Below, in pieces: positions 53,619-63,537 of a stretch of DNA of 64,000 nucleotides. Origin of the DNA: a virus (lineage: Duplodnaviria > Caudoviricetes); the IMG/VR virus record IMGVR_UViG_2700989102_000001, positions 42,328 to 106,327 of that record, one strand, 5' to 3'. The notes below the pieces were generated by a model. The model was not told the DNA's origin. It saw only the letters and a program-made list of their open reading frames with translations, and did not search any database. The position numbers and the translations under genes are program-made. Every line of letters starts with the position of its first letter. Position 1 is the stretch's first letter.

Positions 53619-54466
53619 GCCAAAACCCCCTCGTTGTACTTGTCTACGATATCTTTCGGGATGCGCCCGCGGGCTGAAATCTTGAACCCTTGAGCCTTGG
53701 CCCATGTCCGGATATCCGGCTTGGCCTGCTTGGGCTTCACGCTGGCCTCGAGTTTGGCCACCAGATCGGCAACGTCGTCCGGTACCTCTACCGGCTCCAG
53801 CTTGGATTCCACCAGTGCCCGCAGCTCCACCTTGTAGGTGTCCTGGTGCTTGTCCGGGTTGAACGGCGCGGACAGCTCCTCTACGAGCATCGCCGCCACC
53901 TTCAACTCAGCCTCGGACAGTTCTGGCTTGTTGTCGAGCTTGGGAAAATCCGGCTCGCGGATCTCGTCAGGCCACCGCAGCGTCTGCAACGTCAGAACCT
54001 CATTCTTGCCCGTCACACGCAACACTGCCAGGTGTTCCTTGCTCCGCAGGGTTACCCGTACGATGGCGACCTTGTCGGCGTCAGAGAGCGTCCTAGCCAG
54101 CAGAGCGTACGGCCGCACCGATCCCTCTGCGTTCAGGTAGTAGGGTTTGTCGAGCAGGATCGGGTCGACCTCCCCGGCCGGCACGAACTCCACGACGTCA
54201 ATCACCTTGTTGGTTTCGCTGGGCAGCTCCGCCAAGTCCTCATTGGTCAGTAGGGCGGTTTGCCCGTCGACCTCGAACACCTTGCCCAGATCGGCCGTGT
54301 GGACCTGCTCACCACACGTCTCACAGACCTTGTGGTAGCGAATCCGCCCGCCGTCCTGGACGTGCGCCAGATGGCCCTTCAGGTCGTGTTCCTCGGTGGC
54401 CGCGTACATCTTCACCGGCACGTTGACCAACCCGAAGTTTACCGCGCCTGTCCAAACTGCTCGCAT
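53615..54466 (-). CDS. ku: Ku-like dsDNA end-binding protein with C-terminal Lsr2 DNA-binding domain
   Basis: MRAVWTGAVNFGLVNVPVKMYAATEEHD; tail IRTWAKAQG..ISARGRIP. Confidence 0.95.
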   Translation of the reverse strand: MRAVWTGAVNFGLVNVPVKMYAATEEHDLKGHLAHVQDGGRIRYHKVCETCGEQVHTADLGKVFEVDGQTALLTNEDLAELPSETNKVIDVVEFVPAGEVDPILLDKPYYLNAEGSVRPYALLARTLSDADKVAIVRVTLRSKEHLAVLRVTGKNEVLTLQTLRWPDEIREPDFPKLDNKPELSEAELKVAAMLVEELSAPFNPDKHQDTYKVELRALVESKLEPVEVPDDVADLVAKLEASVKPKQAKPDIRTWAKAQGFKISARGRIPKDIVDKYNEGVLA

Positions 54467-54507
54467 GATTTCTGCCCTCTCTCGATGCCTAGTTGCCGCT
54501 AGGGTTC

Positions 54508-54720
54508 TTACCGGTAAAGCTCGCGCCACTGCGCCTGGTACTCGCGTTCTGCGGCCAACTCTGTAGCTTCCCAGCGCCGCGTGGGTCCGTCGCTCTCGTA
54601 GTATGCCGCCTGGTGTTCGCGGGAGCAGAAATCTCCGAAAGCCTTTTGCCGCCCGCAGTAGAAACATCCATTGCCCAGTGCATGTTCTTTGCTGGCAAGG
54701 ATCTCCTGATAGCTCTTCAT
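54508..54720 (-). CDS. Small zinc-finger protein
   Basis: CFYCG...FCSREH. Confidence 0.6.
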   Translation of the reverse strand: MKSYQEILASKEHALGNGCFYCGRQKAFGDFCSREHQAAYYESDGPTRRWEATELAAEREYQAQWRELYR

Positions 54721-54941
54721 CGGTGGCCCTCTCTCTCGATTTACCGGTAAGTCTACCTAGTTGCCGCTAGGTGTCAATACTTAATTTACGTCGACCTCGG
54801 CGCATTCACCGAACCAAATCTCGTCACCCGATGGGTCATGAAACGCCAGCGTTTCCCAGTCGGGCGTGGTGATGCGCGCGACCTCGAACAACTCCCCGTT
54901 GCGCCGGCGTATCACGGTACCGATGGTTACCTCGTCGGCTC

Positions 54942-55202
54942 TCATGCCACCCACGTCCTTATCTCGTATTCCAACTGCCCTTTGGCAATCTCACCCACAG
55001 CGTTCAGCGCCAGCATGAGCGTCGGGAACTCTCCCCGGTAGTCCTCACCTACCCATAGATGGGTTCGGCCGTAGTTGTCGGACCCGAGTACCGCCAGCTC
55101 CCCATCGGGGAGGTAGCGCGTCCAGTATTCGTGGAGCGCCTCGGGCTGATCCCACGGTTCCCAGTGCTGGAGCTCGGTTGCGAGTGCTTTCATGGCGCCC
55201 AT
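54942..55202 (-). CDS. Hypothetical protein
   Basis: AGGAGG SD. Confidence 0.55.
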   Translation of the reverse strand: MGAMKALATELQHWEPWDQPEALHEYWTRYLPDGELAVLGSDNYGRTHLWVGEDYRGEFPTLMLALNAVGEIAKGQLEYEIRTWVA

Positions 55203-55212
55203 GATTTTCCTC

Positions 55213-55713
55213 CTAGGAGTCGACGTTTCGCAATTGATCGGCAATCAGGCCGGCGAGCTGTTCGATGCTGGACACTTCCCGGCCGGGGTGTCCAAGATGA
55301 TTTAGCGCGCCTATCGAGTTCGGCGGGTACTGACCGTTGTCTACGCTGGTGTCGACCAGTTCGATAGAGTCGCCCGCGCGTCGGAACATAAGGAACGCGA
55401 GTGCGTTATCGTCGGCATCCTCAACAAAGATGTACGTGTTACTCGGGATGCCAAACGGGCCACTGGCACGGACGCTGTAGTCAGGGAAGTGCGCCGCCAA
55501 TTCTTCGGCAATAGCGCTCACGATCGCCAGCGGTCCGGTCTCCTGGTACCGCCGCCAAACCTTGCCCGCCCGCTTGCTTAGGTTCGCCGCCCGCTTATCC
55601 AGTCGCGCCCGCGATAGCTCTAGCCGATCCTCGGCGGCGCGGATGGCGGCTAAATCCGCGTCGATACTTGTGCGGACCTCAGCCTCTCTGCTTAGTATCT
55701 CGTCGAGCGTCAC
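55213..55713 (-). CDS. Hypothetical protein with N-terminal coiled coil
   Basis: GTGA-coupled, GGAGG SD. Confidence 0.65.
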   Translation of the reverse strand: MTLDEILSREAEVRTSIDADLAAIRAAEDRLELSRARLDKRAANLSKRAGKVWRRYQETGPLAIVSAIAEELAAHFPDYSVRASGPFGIPSNTYIFVEDADDNALAFLMFRRAGDSIELVDTSVDNGQYPPNSIGALNHLGHPGREVSSIEQLAGLIADQLRNVDS

Positions 55714-56222
55714 TTGTACTCCTCCGGCGCCTCGTCGTAGAGCGGACCGGTGAGGTAGTCGAGCACCGTTAGGAACTCGTCACCGTAGCGGTAGACCTGT
55801 TCACCGCCCCAGTAGCCGGCCAGCTTGGCAGAGCCGTTCGACAAGTCTTGGGCAATCTCGATGTGCGGCCCTCCCGTGCCGATCACCACCGCCAGCGGGC
55901 GGCCAATCTTGACCTCGACCGACAGCGGCCATTCGCTGATGGGGGATTCATTGCCGTAGTCGTCCACAATGGTTGGCTCATCGAACGAATTTCGCTCAAC
56001 GCTCCAGTCGTCCCGGTCGCCAGCTAGCCCGCCCTCAAAGGCTTTCGTCATTGCCTCGGCGTCGTCTTGGGCGCCCTTGACTTCGATGCTGTCATCATCG
56101 CCGTTAGTGACGGTGTGAACATTGCCATACTCGCCAGACTCGATCTGTCGCGCGTATTCGCGGATGGTCTCGGCGGCGCTCTCCACGTAGCCGGTGAGCA
56201 TGTCCCTGGTCGATTCGCTCAT
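55710..56222 (-). CDS. Acidic hypothetical protein
   Basis: GTGGPHIEI motif; first gene after a promoter. Confidence 0.7.
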   Translation of the reverse strand: MSESTRDMLTGYVESAAETIREYARQIESGEYGNVHTVTNGDDDSIEVKGAQDDAEAMTKAFEGGLAGDRDDWSVERNSFDEPTIVDDYGNESPISEWPLSVEVKIGRPLAVVIGTGGPHIEIAQDLSNGSAKLAGYWGGEQVYRYGDEFLTVLDYLTGPLYDEAPEEYK

Positions 56223-56287
56223 TGTCCCTAACTTTCTGTCGGTTGGTATGCGTTAAGTCTATGTCAGTGTGGGTTAGGTGTCAACAC

Positions 56288-56563
56288 CTAGACAAGATTG
56301 AATTTCAGCTCTTGCCCATTGACGCTCACCACGAGCTCGGCAGAGCCGCCGGCCGCATTGATGAACGCTGCCAGTCTGGACACCAGAAAGTCCTTACGGC
56401 GCTCCATTTGGCGCACCGTAGACGCAATCTCCGGCCCGCCGCGGTATCCCCAAGCCTTACCTAGTTCGTACGGCGTGAGGCCGGCAGCCTCACGTATTTG
56501 TGTCAAGTTGACGCGTTCGGCCGATACATAGGTGTCGGTGAAAAACTCTTGCTCGGTATCCAT
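56288..56563 (-). CDS. XRE HTH protein, HigA-antitoxin-like
   Basis: LTQIREAAGLT...ERRKD..VSRL..FI.A.GG..EL.V. Confidence 0.7.
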   Translation of the reverse strand: MDTEQEFFTDTYVSAERVNLTQIREAAGLTPYELGKAWGYRGGPEIASTVRQMERRKDFLVSRLAAFINAAGGSAELVVSVNGQELKFNLV

Positions 56564-56577
56564 ACCTAGAGTGTAGG

Positions 56578-57087
56578 TCACGACTCAACCTCGAGCGATG
56601 CCATGGCGAATAGATATGGCGACATGAACGTACCTGGGTCTGTGACGTTGCGCAGTGTCGCGACGATGGGCCAACCAACACGGTCGAACCAATGGTCGAA
56701 CGTCTCGCCATCCTCGTATGACGTGACGATTTCAAACGTGATATTCGGCTCGTCGCCGCCATACTCCAGCTCATAGACCTCGCCGCGGGCACCAATGCAG
56801 CCTTGCAGTCTGGCCACGATTGCGTCCGCTACCGCGCGCGTGAGCCACCCATCAGCGTCGACATGGGTAGACCAATGGTCGGGCATGGCCCTGTCGACGA
56901 AGTAGCTAGATGTCGCTACATACTGGCGTGGGCCGTTGAACTCCGCATGGAACGCCAATGGCTCAACCCATACGATGATGGCTTGACGCTCTTCTGTGTC
57001 TACCTCTAGGTAGCAGTTGGCCTCATCGTCCAACGGTTCGCCCAGGTCCGCGAAAGCAGAAACGAGAGTGTCGGCTGTAGCGCTCAT
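56578..57087 (-). CDS. Hypothetical protein
   Basis: ORF track, coupled. Confidence 0.6.
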   Translation of the reverse strand: MSATADTLVSAFADLGEPLDDEANCYLEVDTEERQAIIVWVEPLAFHAEFNGPRQYVATSSYFVDRAMPDHWSTHVDADGWLTRAVADAIVARLQGCIGARGEVYELEYGGDEPNITFEIVTSYEDGETFDHWFDRVGWPIVATLRNVTDPGTFMSPYLFAMASLEVES

Positions 57088-57290
57088 CGCTGGATCTCCA
57101 CCTTCCTGAGGGCGTCACGGAATCGGTACTCGTCGCCGGTGTTAACCGTGCGGACATCCGCGGGTGACATGAAGTCGCCGGTTCCGCTGTCCAGCTCCAC
57201 CCACACGTAACCGCTGGTCGGATGAATATAGGTTGCCCATCCGGTATTTTCCGGATCGTTGTATACAAAGACTGCGTAGTAGATGTCCAT
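57084..57290 (-). CDS. Hypothetical protein
   Basis: ORF track. Confidence 0.55.
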   Translation of the reverse strand: MDIYYAVFVYNDPENTGWATYIHPTSGYVWVELDSGTGDFMSPADVRTVNTGDEYRFRDALRKVEIQR

Positions 57291-57481
57291 CGCTCTTAAC
57301 TCTCTTGGCTGGGGAGTGGTGCGACTCCCAGTGTTGCGGCTCTCTTGACCGCGCGGGCAATGCTCATCGGATCAGACACTTGGATGTCCGACACCCTGTT
57401 GGGCAGTATGGTCCGCTTGACCACGATGCCAGGCATGGTTCGCCAGGTAGACCGTATAAGAGTCTCCCAGTAGTTCGTGCA

Positions 57482-57709
57482 TCATGGCTTTGCCACCTGC
57501 TCGATCCACGCGTGGATACCGTGACTGCGTAGATCATCTAGGATCTCATCGCCGCGCGGTGCCACATCCCAGCGGTCAAAATCCTCGATAAAGCTATCGG
57601 CCACCGTTTCCAGCGCTTCGCCGTAGGAGTTGTGCAGGGTGACCGCCGGGGGATGGGCGTACCCATCGGCTTCATGATCAACGATAAGCACCCAGTAGAA
57701 ATCGCTCAC
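57482..57709 (-). CDS. Hypothetical protein
   Basis: GGAGG SD, GTG start. Confidence 0.55.
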   Translation of the reverse strand: MSDFYWVLIVDHEADGYAHPPAVTLHNSYGEALETVADSFIEDFDRWDVAPRGDEILDDLRSHGIHAWIEQVAKP

Positions 57710-58045
57710 TGGTAGATCCTCCCGGTATCCATGAGGTACTCGGACCACGACTGGAGACCGGCGCGCATCTCTGCGGCCATCTCGCGCGCGTCCAGCTCAT
57801 CGCGCAAGTCGCGCGGCGTGGGCTGACGCTTCTGGTACCGGATAGCTGCCTTGCTCATTGTCACTTACCCTTCTGAATCTCTGCTACTCGCTGCTTGACG
57901 TACTCCATAGCGCCGGCGATTTCCCTGCGGACCTCGACCGGAGCATCTTCATAGGTGTCATAACCCATGTCTCGCGCTAGTTGGTTGGCTTGTTCTGTGA
58001 TGCTCATATCTAGAGTCTAATCCCGATAGAGCTATGTGTCAATAC

Positions 58046-58318
58046 CTAGAAGCTAGATTTCAGTATCTTCTCCATACGGTTGGCCATGGGTATGTTGTCC
58101 CGATGGAACCATAGACCGCGCCAGCGTGCGTCTAGATCCATCACCACATACCCCAGCCGTCGCGCGATAGACGCTGCCAGCTCTACATTGCCCATGATGC
58201 ACGGATGTCTGGACGCGTCCGACAGGAAATCTTGTATCCGGTAGACCTCACTAGCCGGCGCGCTAGCGATACGCGCGCGGAACTCCGCATCAGTACCGGT
58301 GAGTTCGGGAACGGTCAT
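58046..58318 (-). CDS. Hypothetical protein
   Basis: Coupled; stop lies in promoter palindrome. Confidence 0.55.
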   Translation of the reverse strand: MTVPELTGTDAEFRARIASAPASEVYRIQDFLSDASRHPCIMGNVELAASIARRLGYVVMDLDARWRGLWFHRDNIPMANRMEKILKSSF

Positions 58319-58677
58319 CGCACGTACACCACGAGAGCCGCACCGTACGGGTTGCTGCCCACACAACGTTTCACTCCGGAGTGATAGACACCGTAGTCAT
58401 CGACCACCCAAGCGTCCGGATCGCACGTCATGGTGTAGACGCGTCCAGTCACAGGACTGTAGGCCTGTACCGACATTCCTGACTGGCTGTACCAAGCGAC
58501 AGCTACGTTGTCCGCGAATGCGCACGACGTGTCCGCAGACGCTACGGCACTTCTGCCCGACAGGCAGATAGACACTGACTCCGCTGACTCCGCAGCATTA
58601 GCTTGCGGCGATAGACCGATAGCGCCACCGATGATGGCGGACGCGATACCGAGTGACGCGATACCAAGCTTGCTCAT
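58315..58677 (-). CDS. Secreted protein
   Basis: Signal peptide; TSCAFADNV...AYSPVTG..Y.M.C. Confidence 0.75.
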   Translation of the reverse strand: MSKLGIASLGIASAIIGGAIGLSPQANAAESAESVSICLSGRSAVASADTSCAFADNVAVAWYSQSGMSVQAYSPVTGRVYTMTCDPDAWVVDDYGVYHSGVKRCVGSNPYGAALVVYVR

Positions 58678-58872
58678 TTTTCTACTCTCTCTCGTGTGTT
58701 CCCGTTGCCGCGGGTTAGGTTCGGCGCGCCAGCTCCACAGCGAACGCTTGTGCCTTGTCTCGTTGAATCTGGCCTACATTTAGGCCAGCGTCGATAGCTG
58801 ACTGATGGTTGTCGAGCCATGCCCTTAGTTGGTCGGCCGACAATTCTTTAGCGACTATGCGCCACGTGACAC

Positions 58873-59082
58873 TCACTCTGTGAATGTCCTAGCGCCATCG
58901 TGGTACGTGAACGTTAGTGCGCCATGCTCACTCTTGCGGAATGACAGGGTGGCGCTACCCAACATTTCCATCGCGGCGCGGTGAGCGTCCGACTCCGCGC
59001 CGACGCGACCATCAGTCATGATTTCCGCTATACGCTCACCCGTAGTGAGCGTCCAAGTGTTGCGGGCAATGATCGAGCTCAT
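58873..59082 (-). CDS. Hypothetical protein
   Basis: ORF track. Confidence 0.5.
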   Translation of the reverse strand: MSSIIARNTWTLTTGERIAEIMTDGRVGAESDAHRAAMEMLGSATLSFRKSEHGALTFTYHDGARTFTE

Positions 59083-59209
59083 TTCATCTTCTCCGACGTG
59101 ACGTACTGATCTGTTGGTTGAGTAAGCGGGTTGACGTATGCCATCCCTATCCCCATTGCCATGGCGATAGGGATAGCGATTGTGGTCAACGTGACCATGG
59201 CGTAGCGGT

Positions 59210-59533
59210 TCATCGGATTGCCCGGTGAACGTTCATCGTGAGCATGGTTCCCATACTCTTAACGAATTCGCGCGCGGCGGCGATCAACTCTCGCTCATCG
59301 AGGGACGAGACGGCTGTGTCATGTAGGCGCGCGAGCCACGCGCTACCCTCTGGAGTGAGCCGGGTTGGTTCGGTCATTGTCTCGCTGTGCGCGCAGATCA
59401 CCTTGCCCGCCGAGAATAGCTCATCCCAGTAGTCATTCAGCAGTTGCTCTACGTTCTCTCGTTTGAGAATGTCCAGCGCTGCATACTCCGCGAGTGTGAC
59501 GTGCGACCAATCGGCGCGATAGATGGTTGTCAT
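59210..59533 (-). CDS. Hypothetical protein
   Basis: ORF with GGGACA leader. Confidence 0.55.
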   Translation of the reverse strand: MTTIYRADWSHVTLAEYAALDILKRENVEQLLNDYWDELFSAGKVICAHSETMTEPTRLTPEGSAWLARLHDTAVSSLDERELIAAAREFVKSMGTMLTMNVHRAIR

Positions 59534-59548
59534 TGTCCCGTTCCCTTG

Positions 59549-59851
59549 CTAGGCGATTACAAACCGCGCGACCACGTTGCTACTGTTGTCGGTTGCGTAA
59601 AGCTTGTCTGCCGCACGTTCCGCGGCAGACAACGTTGCATAGGTCTTGATAGCGTCTGCCAATGTGTAGTTACCATCGCCGCGCCAGTGCGCAATGATGG
59701 CATGCCCGGTAATCGCGTGGACTGGACCCTTGCAACCCTTGCACTTGTCACGCTTGCCTTGGTTGTGCGTTCTGCACTGCAACGTGACGTTACGGTCGTA
59801 CCCGTAGAGGCACTGGTAGATGGTTGCCGGCGCAACAACTTGCACGCTCAT
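59549..59851 (-). CDS. Hypothetical protein
   Basis: Coupled ORF. Confidence 0.55.
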   Translation of the reverse strand: MSVQVVAPATIYQCLYGYDRNVTLQCRTHNQGKRDKCKGCKGPVHAITGHAIIAHWRGDGNYTLADAIKTYATLSAAERAADKLYATDNSSNVVARFVIA

Positions 59852-60111
59852 CGATCCATCCATTCCTCGTCGTCTTCAATCTGTGACCAAAAGATCACTT
59901 TGGGAAACTCCGATGAATCGAACGAGGACTCGTCGTACCGGTCGATTGCCAGCGCGCCAGCGTGTTGGTCCAACACATCCTCAACGCTCATGTCGCGAGC
60001 TGCAGGGGACAGCTCGCCGATGGAAACCATGTAGTTGATGAGATTTACCGGAGTGAAGTTCTCACCTTTGTAGGTATATCCGGCGATATCGAAAGCTTTC
60101 GGTCCGTACAT
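59848..60111 (-). CDS. Hypothetical protein
   Basis: IDRYDESSFDSSEFPKVIF. Confidence 0.65.
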   Translation of the reverse strand: MYGPKAFDIAGYTYKGENFTPVNLINYMVSIGELSPAARDMSVEDVLDQHAGALAIDRYDESSFDSSEFPKVIFWSQIEDDEEWMDR

Positions 60112-61030
60112 TGTTCCTGTCCTGTCTAGTGGTAGGTGATACCGATGCCAGCGATTACCCAACCAATCGGAATAACCGAGATGAGTAGGTAAATCGCTGT
60201 GATGCTCATGTCTCTATTATGCGCTCATCGTGGCTATGTGTCAACACCTATTTGGGTCAATTGCCGGCTCGAACGCTTGTTCGAACACTTTCGTAGTCTC
60301 TTGCGCTGGTATGGATGGCATACGCTACCGTTCCGCACGCTGCAATGAGCTGTGCCACAGACTGGCGTCCGCTGTCGCTGGACGCGAACAAGCGTGCCTG
60401 CTCTGCTGTCTGTCGCGCGCTCAACGTGTAGCCGATCTTGCGCTCCGACTCGGCGCGCTCTAGCAACCCTTGCGCGCGCCGAATCAGTCGGCCGAATTGC
60501 TCGCTCATGCGCGTATCCCAGTGTCTCGGTAGCCGAACATGAGGCAGTAGCTAAGGCAACCGTGGCTCACCGCATGTACCGCGCATTGCCCGGTATCGTG
60601 ACTGAAAGCGTGCCCGTTGCCGCGCGCGTCGAGCACGATATCGTATCGTTCACCGTCCCCATATGCGCTCATGCTCATTGCTCTATCCCTTCAGCGTTCC
60701 GTATGCCCAATGATGGGCACCGTACTTGTCGGTTGTCATGTATCGGCTCACACCGTAAGCCGATTCATCTTTGCGCACGATGGTCAATCGTTCCGCCCAA
60801 TTGGCACCGACCGCGTGGAGTCCGTCGATACCGTTGGCGAACGTCCGCCCGATCATGACAGCACCCAAACGATCAGTGCGAGCATTGCCCAAACGGCAGC
60901 ACTTGCGCCGACGGTAACGAGCAACCCGCTAAAGGTTGCCTTACCGGAATTCACTGCCTTGTCGAGTTCGCGACTGATGTTGTCCATTGTTCCGACTCTC
61001 TCTCTCGTGTGTTGCCGCTGGACAGAATTT

Positions 61031-61405
61031 TCAGGACTCGATGGTTTCGAGGTAGAACGTCACGAACTCCGCCGCTTCACTAGCAAAGCAATCGTTCATC
61101 TCGAAAAGGATGCGCCCGCCCGACGTGATGGTCAGTCCTGCGTAACCCGCCTCGTTGACGTTGAGTTCGACGCTGTAGCCGTCCGATCCGACGTAGATTG
61201 CCAAATCTTCTGCTGCCCATAGTTCGGTTTCACGCGAGCCTTCATCTCCGACGTACTCGACCCGCACGTACTCGTTGCCGTAGTGGTCAGCCTCGAGAAT
61301 TTCGATGACCGTGAACAGGTCCACCATTCCGCGATCGATGCACACTGGCGAGCCGACCTTATCGCCAATCCGGTACTCGTTGTGGTTTGCGTCGAAAACG
61401 GTCAT
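61031..61405 (-). CDS. Hypothetical protein
   Basis: First ORF after a promoter; AAGGA SD. Confidence 0.65.
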   Translation of the reverse strand: MTVFDANHNEYRIGDKVGSPVCIDRGMVDLFTVIEILEADHYGNEYVRVEYVGDEGSRETELWAAEDLAIYVGSDGYSVELNVNEAGYAGLTITSGGRILFEMNDCFASEAAEFVTFYLETIES

Positions 61406-61519
61406 TGGAGTGATCCTTCCGTGTGGGCTGATGCTTCAATTATGCGCTCATCGTGGCTAGGTGTCAACACCTAATGCAGGTATTTGCCGGCGGAAATAGT
61501 TCGGCCGAAAGCTGGACAC

Positions 61520-61555
61520 AAAAAAGACGACCGGACATTGCTGCCCGGTCGTCTT
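61520..61555 (-). terminator. Intrinsic terminator
   Basis: AAGACGACCGG / CCGGTCGTCTT stem with U-run on minus strand. Confidence 0.75.
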
Positions 61556-61582
61556 CTGGTCTCAGAATTCGTGCTCCATTGT

Positions 61583-61771
61583 TCACCTCCTCAACTCATC
61601 GATGTGGATGCAACCCACGTGATCGGGACCGAACTGCGGCGCGTATCCCAGTACCTCGTCTTCATTGCACGGGAACTCTGATTGCGGCATCTCCCGGTCG
61701 TCCGCGAGAGCTGGCGCGGCAAGCGTCAACGGTGCGACGACCGCCACGATGGCGATAGCGATACGGTTCAT
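61583..61771 (-). CDS. Small secreted protein
   Basis: Signal peptide PALA; FPCNEDEVLGY. Confidence 0.7.
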   Translation of the reverse strand: MNRIAIAIVAVVAPLTLAAPALADDREMPQSEFPCNEDEVLGYAPQFGPDHVGCIHIDELRR

Positions 61772-61780
61772 TTCATTCTC

Positions 61781-62071
61781 CTAGTTCCACATTGTCGACG
61801 GGACGACCGTCCCTCGAATACCGTCGCGACGACCGTTGCGCATGATCTGCATAGCGCGCGCGCGGATATCCTCAATCCGCATGCAACCTTTATCGGCTAC
61901 CACGGTCACGCCTGTAACGTAGTCGAGCACGTACGTTGCATAGTGCGCCCAACCGCCGACGTAATCGCCATAGATGACAATCTCCGCGCGGTACCCGTTG
62001 AGCTCGCGCAACCCGTGCTGCCATCCATCCATGCTGGGTGTGATGTACAGTCCGTGCCCGTAGTGTGCCAT
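61781..62071 (-). CDS. Hypothetical protein
   Basis: GGGATAGGG leader, ATG. Confidence 0.55.
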   Translation of the reverse strand: MAHYGHGLYITPSMDGWQHGLRELNGYRAEIVIYGDYVGGWAHYATYVLDYVTGVTVVADKGCMRIEDIRARAMQIMRNGRRDGIRGTVVPSTMWN

Positions 62072-62096
62072 TGCCCTATCCCTTGCTCTCGATGCC

Positions 62097-62384
62097 CTAG
62101 TGACGTTCCCAATCGGTGCCCTTGCGGGCGTCTGCGTCGACCGTGCGGTACGCGCGGACACGCTTGCGATACTCCGACTCGCGAACCATCTCCGCGGCGC
62201 GAATTTCGCGGACTGCGGTACCGCCGATAACATCGTTGGTGCGAGTGTCGACTAGTGCCCAAACCTTGCGTCCGCGCCGCGCGTACTCGACTACCGCCTG
62301 CGTGCCACGCGTACGGGTTGCGACTGTCTGCCACCCCGCATCGTGCAGGTCGGCGGAAACGTCGGTGATGGTTGCGTTGCTCAT
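62097..62384 (-). CDS. Hypothetical protein, probably leaderless
   Basis: ATG about 7 nt downstream of the promoter -10. Confidence 0.6.
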   Translation of the reverse strand: MSNATITDVSADLHDAGWQTVATRTRGTQAVVEYARRGRKVWALVDTRTNDVIGGTAVREIRAAEMVRESEYRKRVRAYRTVDADARKGTDWERH

Positions 62385-62422
62385 GACTCAAGTATGCGTC
62401 CGACTCGGCTAGGTGTCAACAC

Positions 62423-62593
62423 CTAGCGCGCCACGATCCGGACATTGCAGCTCGCGTCGATGCGCACACCGTTGATGAGCGCATACCGACCATCCATCTC
62501 AATGCGCCACACGGGCATATCGCCAAATCGGACACCCAAACCCGCGACGACCGTATCGCCGATCTGGACTGCACTTGCAGGAACAGTGATCAT
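62423..62593 (-). CDS. Small hypothetical protein
   Basis: Duplicated 26-bp leader. Confidence 0.55.
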   Translation of the reverse strand: MITVPASAVQIGDTVVAGLGVRFGDMPVWRIEMDGRYALINGVRIDASCNVRIVAR

Positions 62594-62624
62594 TTCTGAC
62601 TCTCTCTCTCGGTTTGGTTGATTG

Positions 62625-62819
62625 CTAGTCGGTGAGTGCTGCCAGTAGCCGCGCGCGGGTAACCATGGCGTGCGGCACCAACACGTTGACGTTGACTCCA
62701 GCGCGCGCCAACACAACACGCGTATTCGTCTGGAACGGATGAACCGTGCCTACGGTGTGGATCTGCGCAATGGTCCAGCGCTCATGCGCCACGATCACGG
62801 TATTGCCTACTGTCAACAT
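62625..62819 (-). CDS. Small hypothetical protein
   Basis: Duplicated 26-bp leader. Confidence 0.55.
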   Translation of the reverse strand: MLTVGNTVIVAHERWTIAQIHTVGTVHPFQTNTRVVLARAGVNVNVLVPHAMVTRARLLAALTD

Positions 62820-63050
62820 TTCTGACTCTCTCTCTCGGTTTGATCCTAGTCGCTCATTGCCCGGTATCGACATTGCGCCGATACCGGACCATCAACGGCT
62901 AGGACTGTCTCGGTTCGGTGTCCTCAATCTCATGTAGCTGGTGACGGATAACCGCAGCCGAGAGACCATCGTTACGTTGGAGTGCGCGCCGGAGTGCGGA
63001 CCTAAGCGCGCGTGCCCGTTGTTCGCGATTCATTGTTCCTATCCTCCCTG

Positions 63051-63251
63051 TCAGTACCGGTCGATTGCGATGAGCAGGTCATACGCGCGATTGAAGTCCT
63101 CATCATCGTTCGCGTGAACGAATGCCCGATGAGCGGCCGCGCGTGCCTCACCGCGCCGCGTCCGCAACGCATCGAGTTCGGCCGTGTCCGCATTCTCTTC
63201 CAGCCATGCGAGACCTTCACTTGCTGTGCTGATCAGTGCTGTGATGTCCAT
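63051..63251 (-). CDS. Hypothetical protein
   Basis: MDITALIS...; SD. Confidence 0.55.
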   Translation of the reverse strand: MDITALISTASEGLAWLEENADTAELDALRTRRGEARAAAHRAFVHANDDEDFNRAYDLLIAIDRY

Positions 63252-63321
63252 TGTCCCTGTTCCTTTGCTTTCGAGTTTTGATTGAGTGCCCGGTACCGGT
63301 TCGATACCGGGCACTTGCCGC

Positions 63322-63537
63322 TTATGCGTCGATAACCTCACCGTTCCAAACCGGGGTCCCCGGATGCTGACGCGAACCACCGTGCATCCACGCGCGGGCG
63401 GCTTCCCCGGGAGTCGGGTAGGACACTCCGGCGCGGATACCGCAACCGCACGAGCAAACGAGCTCGTAGGAAATGCCGACTCCCCAATCGGTGAGGTCGG
63501 TGCGGATGATGGGGGACGGAATGGTGATGGCGGACAT
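63322..63537 (-). CDS. Hypothetical protein
   Basis: First ORF after terminal promoter; AAGGA SD. Confidence 0.55.
   Translation of the reverse strand: MSAITIPSPIIRTDLTDWGVGISYELVCSCGCGIRAGVSYPTPGEAARAWMHGGSRQHPGTPVWNGEVIDA

Noticed and set aside
54467-54667. N-terminal extension of Ku in the ORF track
   Set aside because: Ku homology starts at MRAVWTG (54466); the extension overlaps another gene
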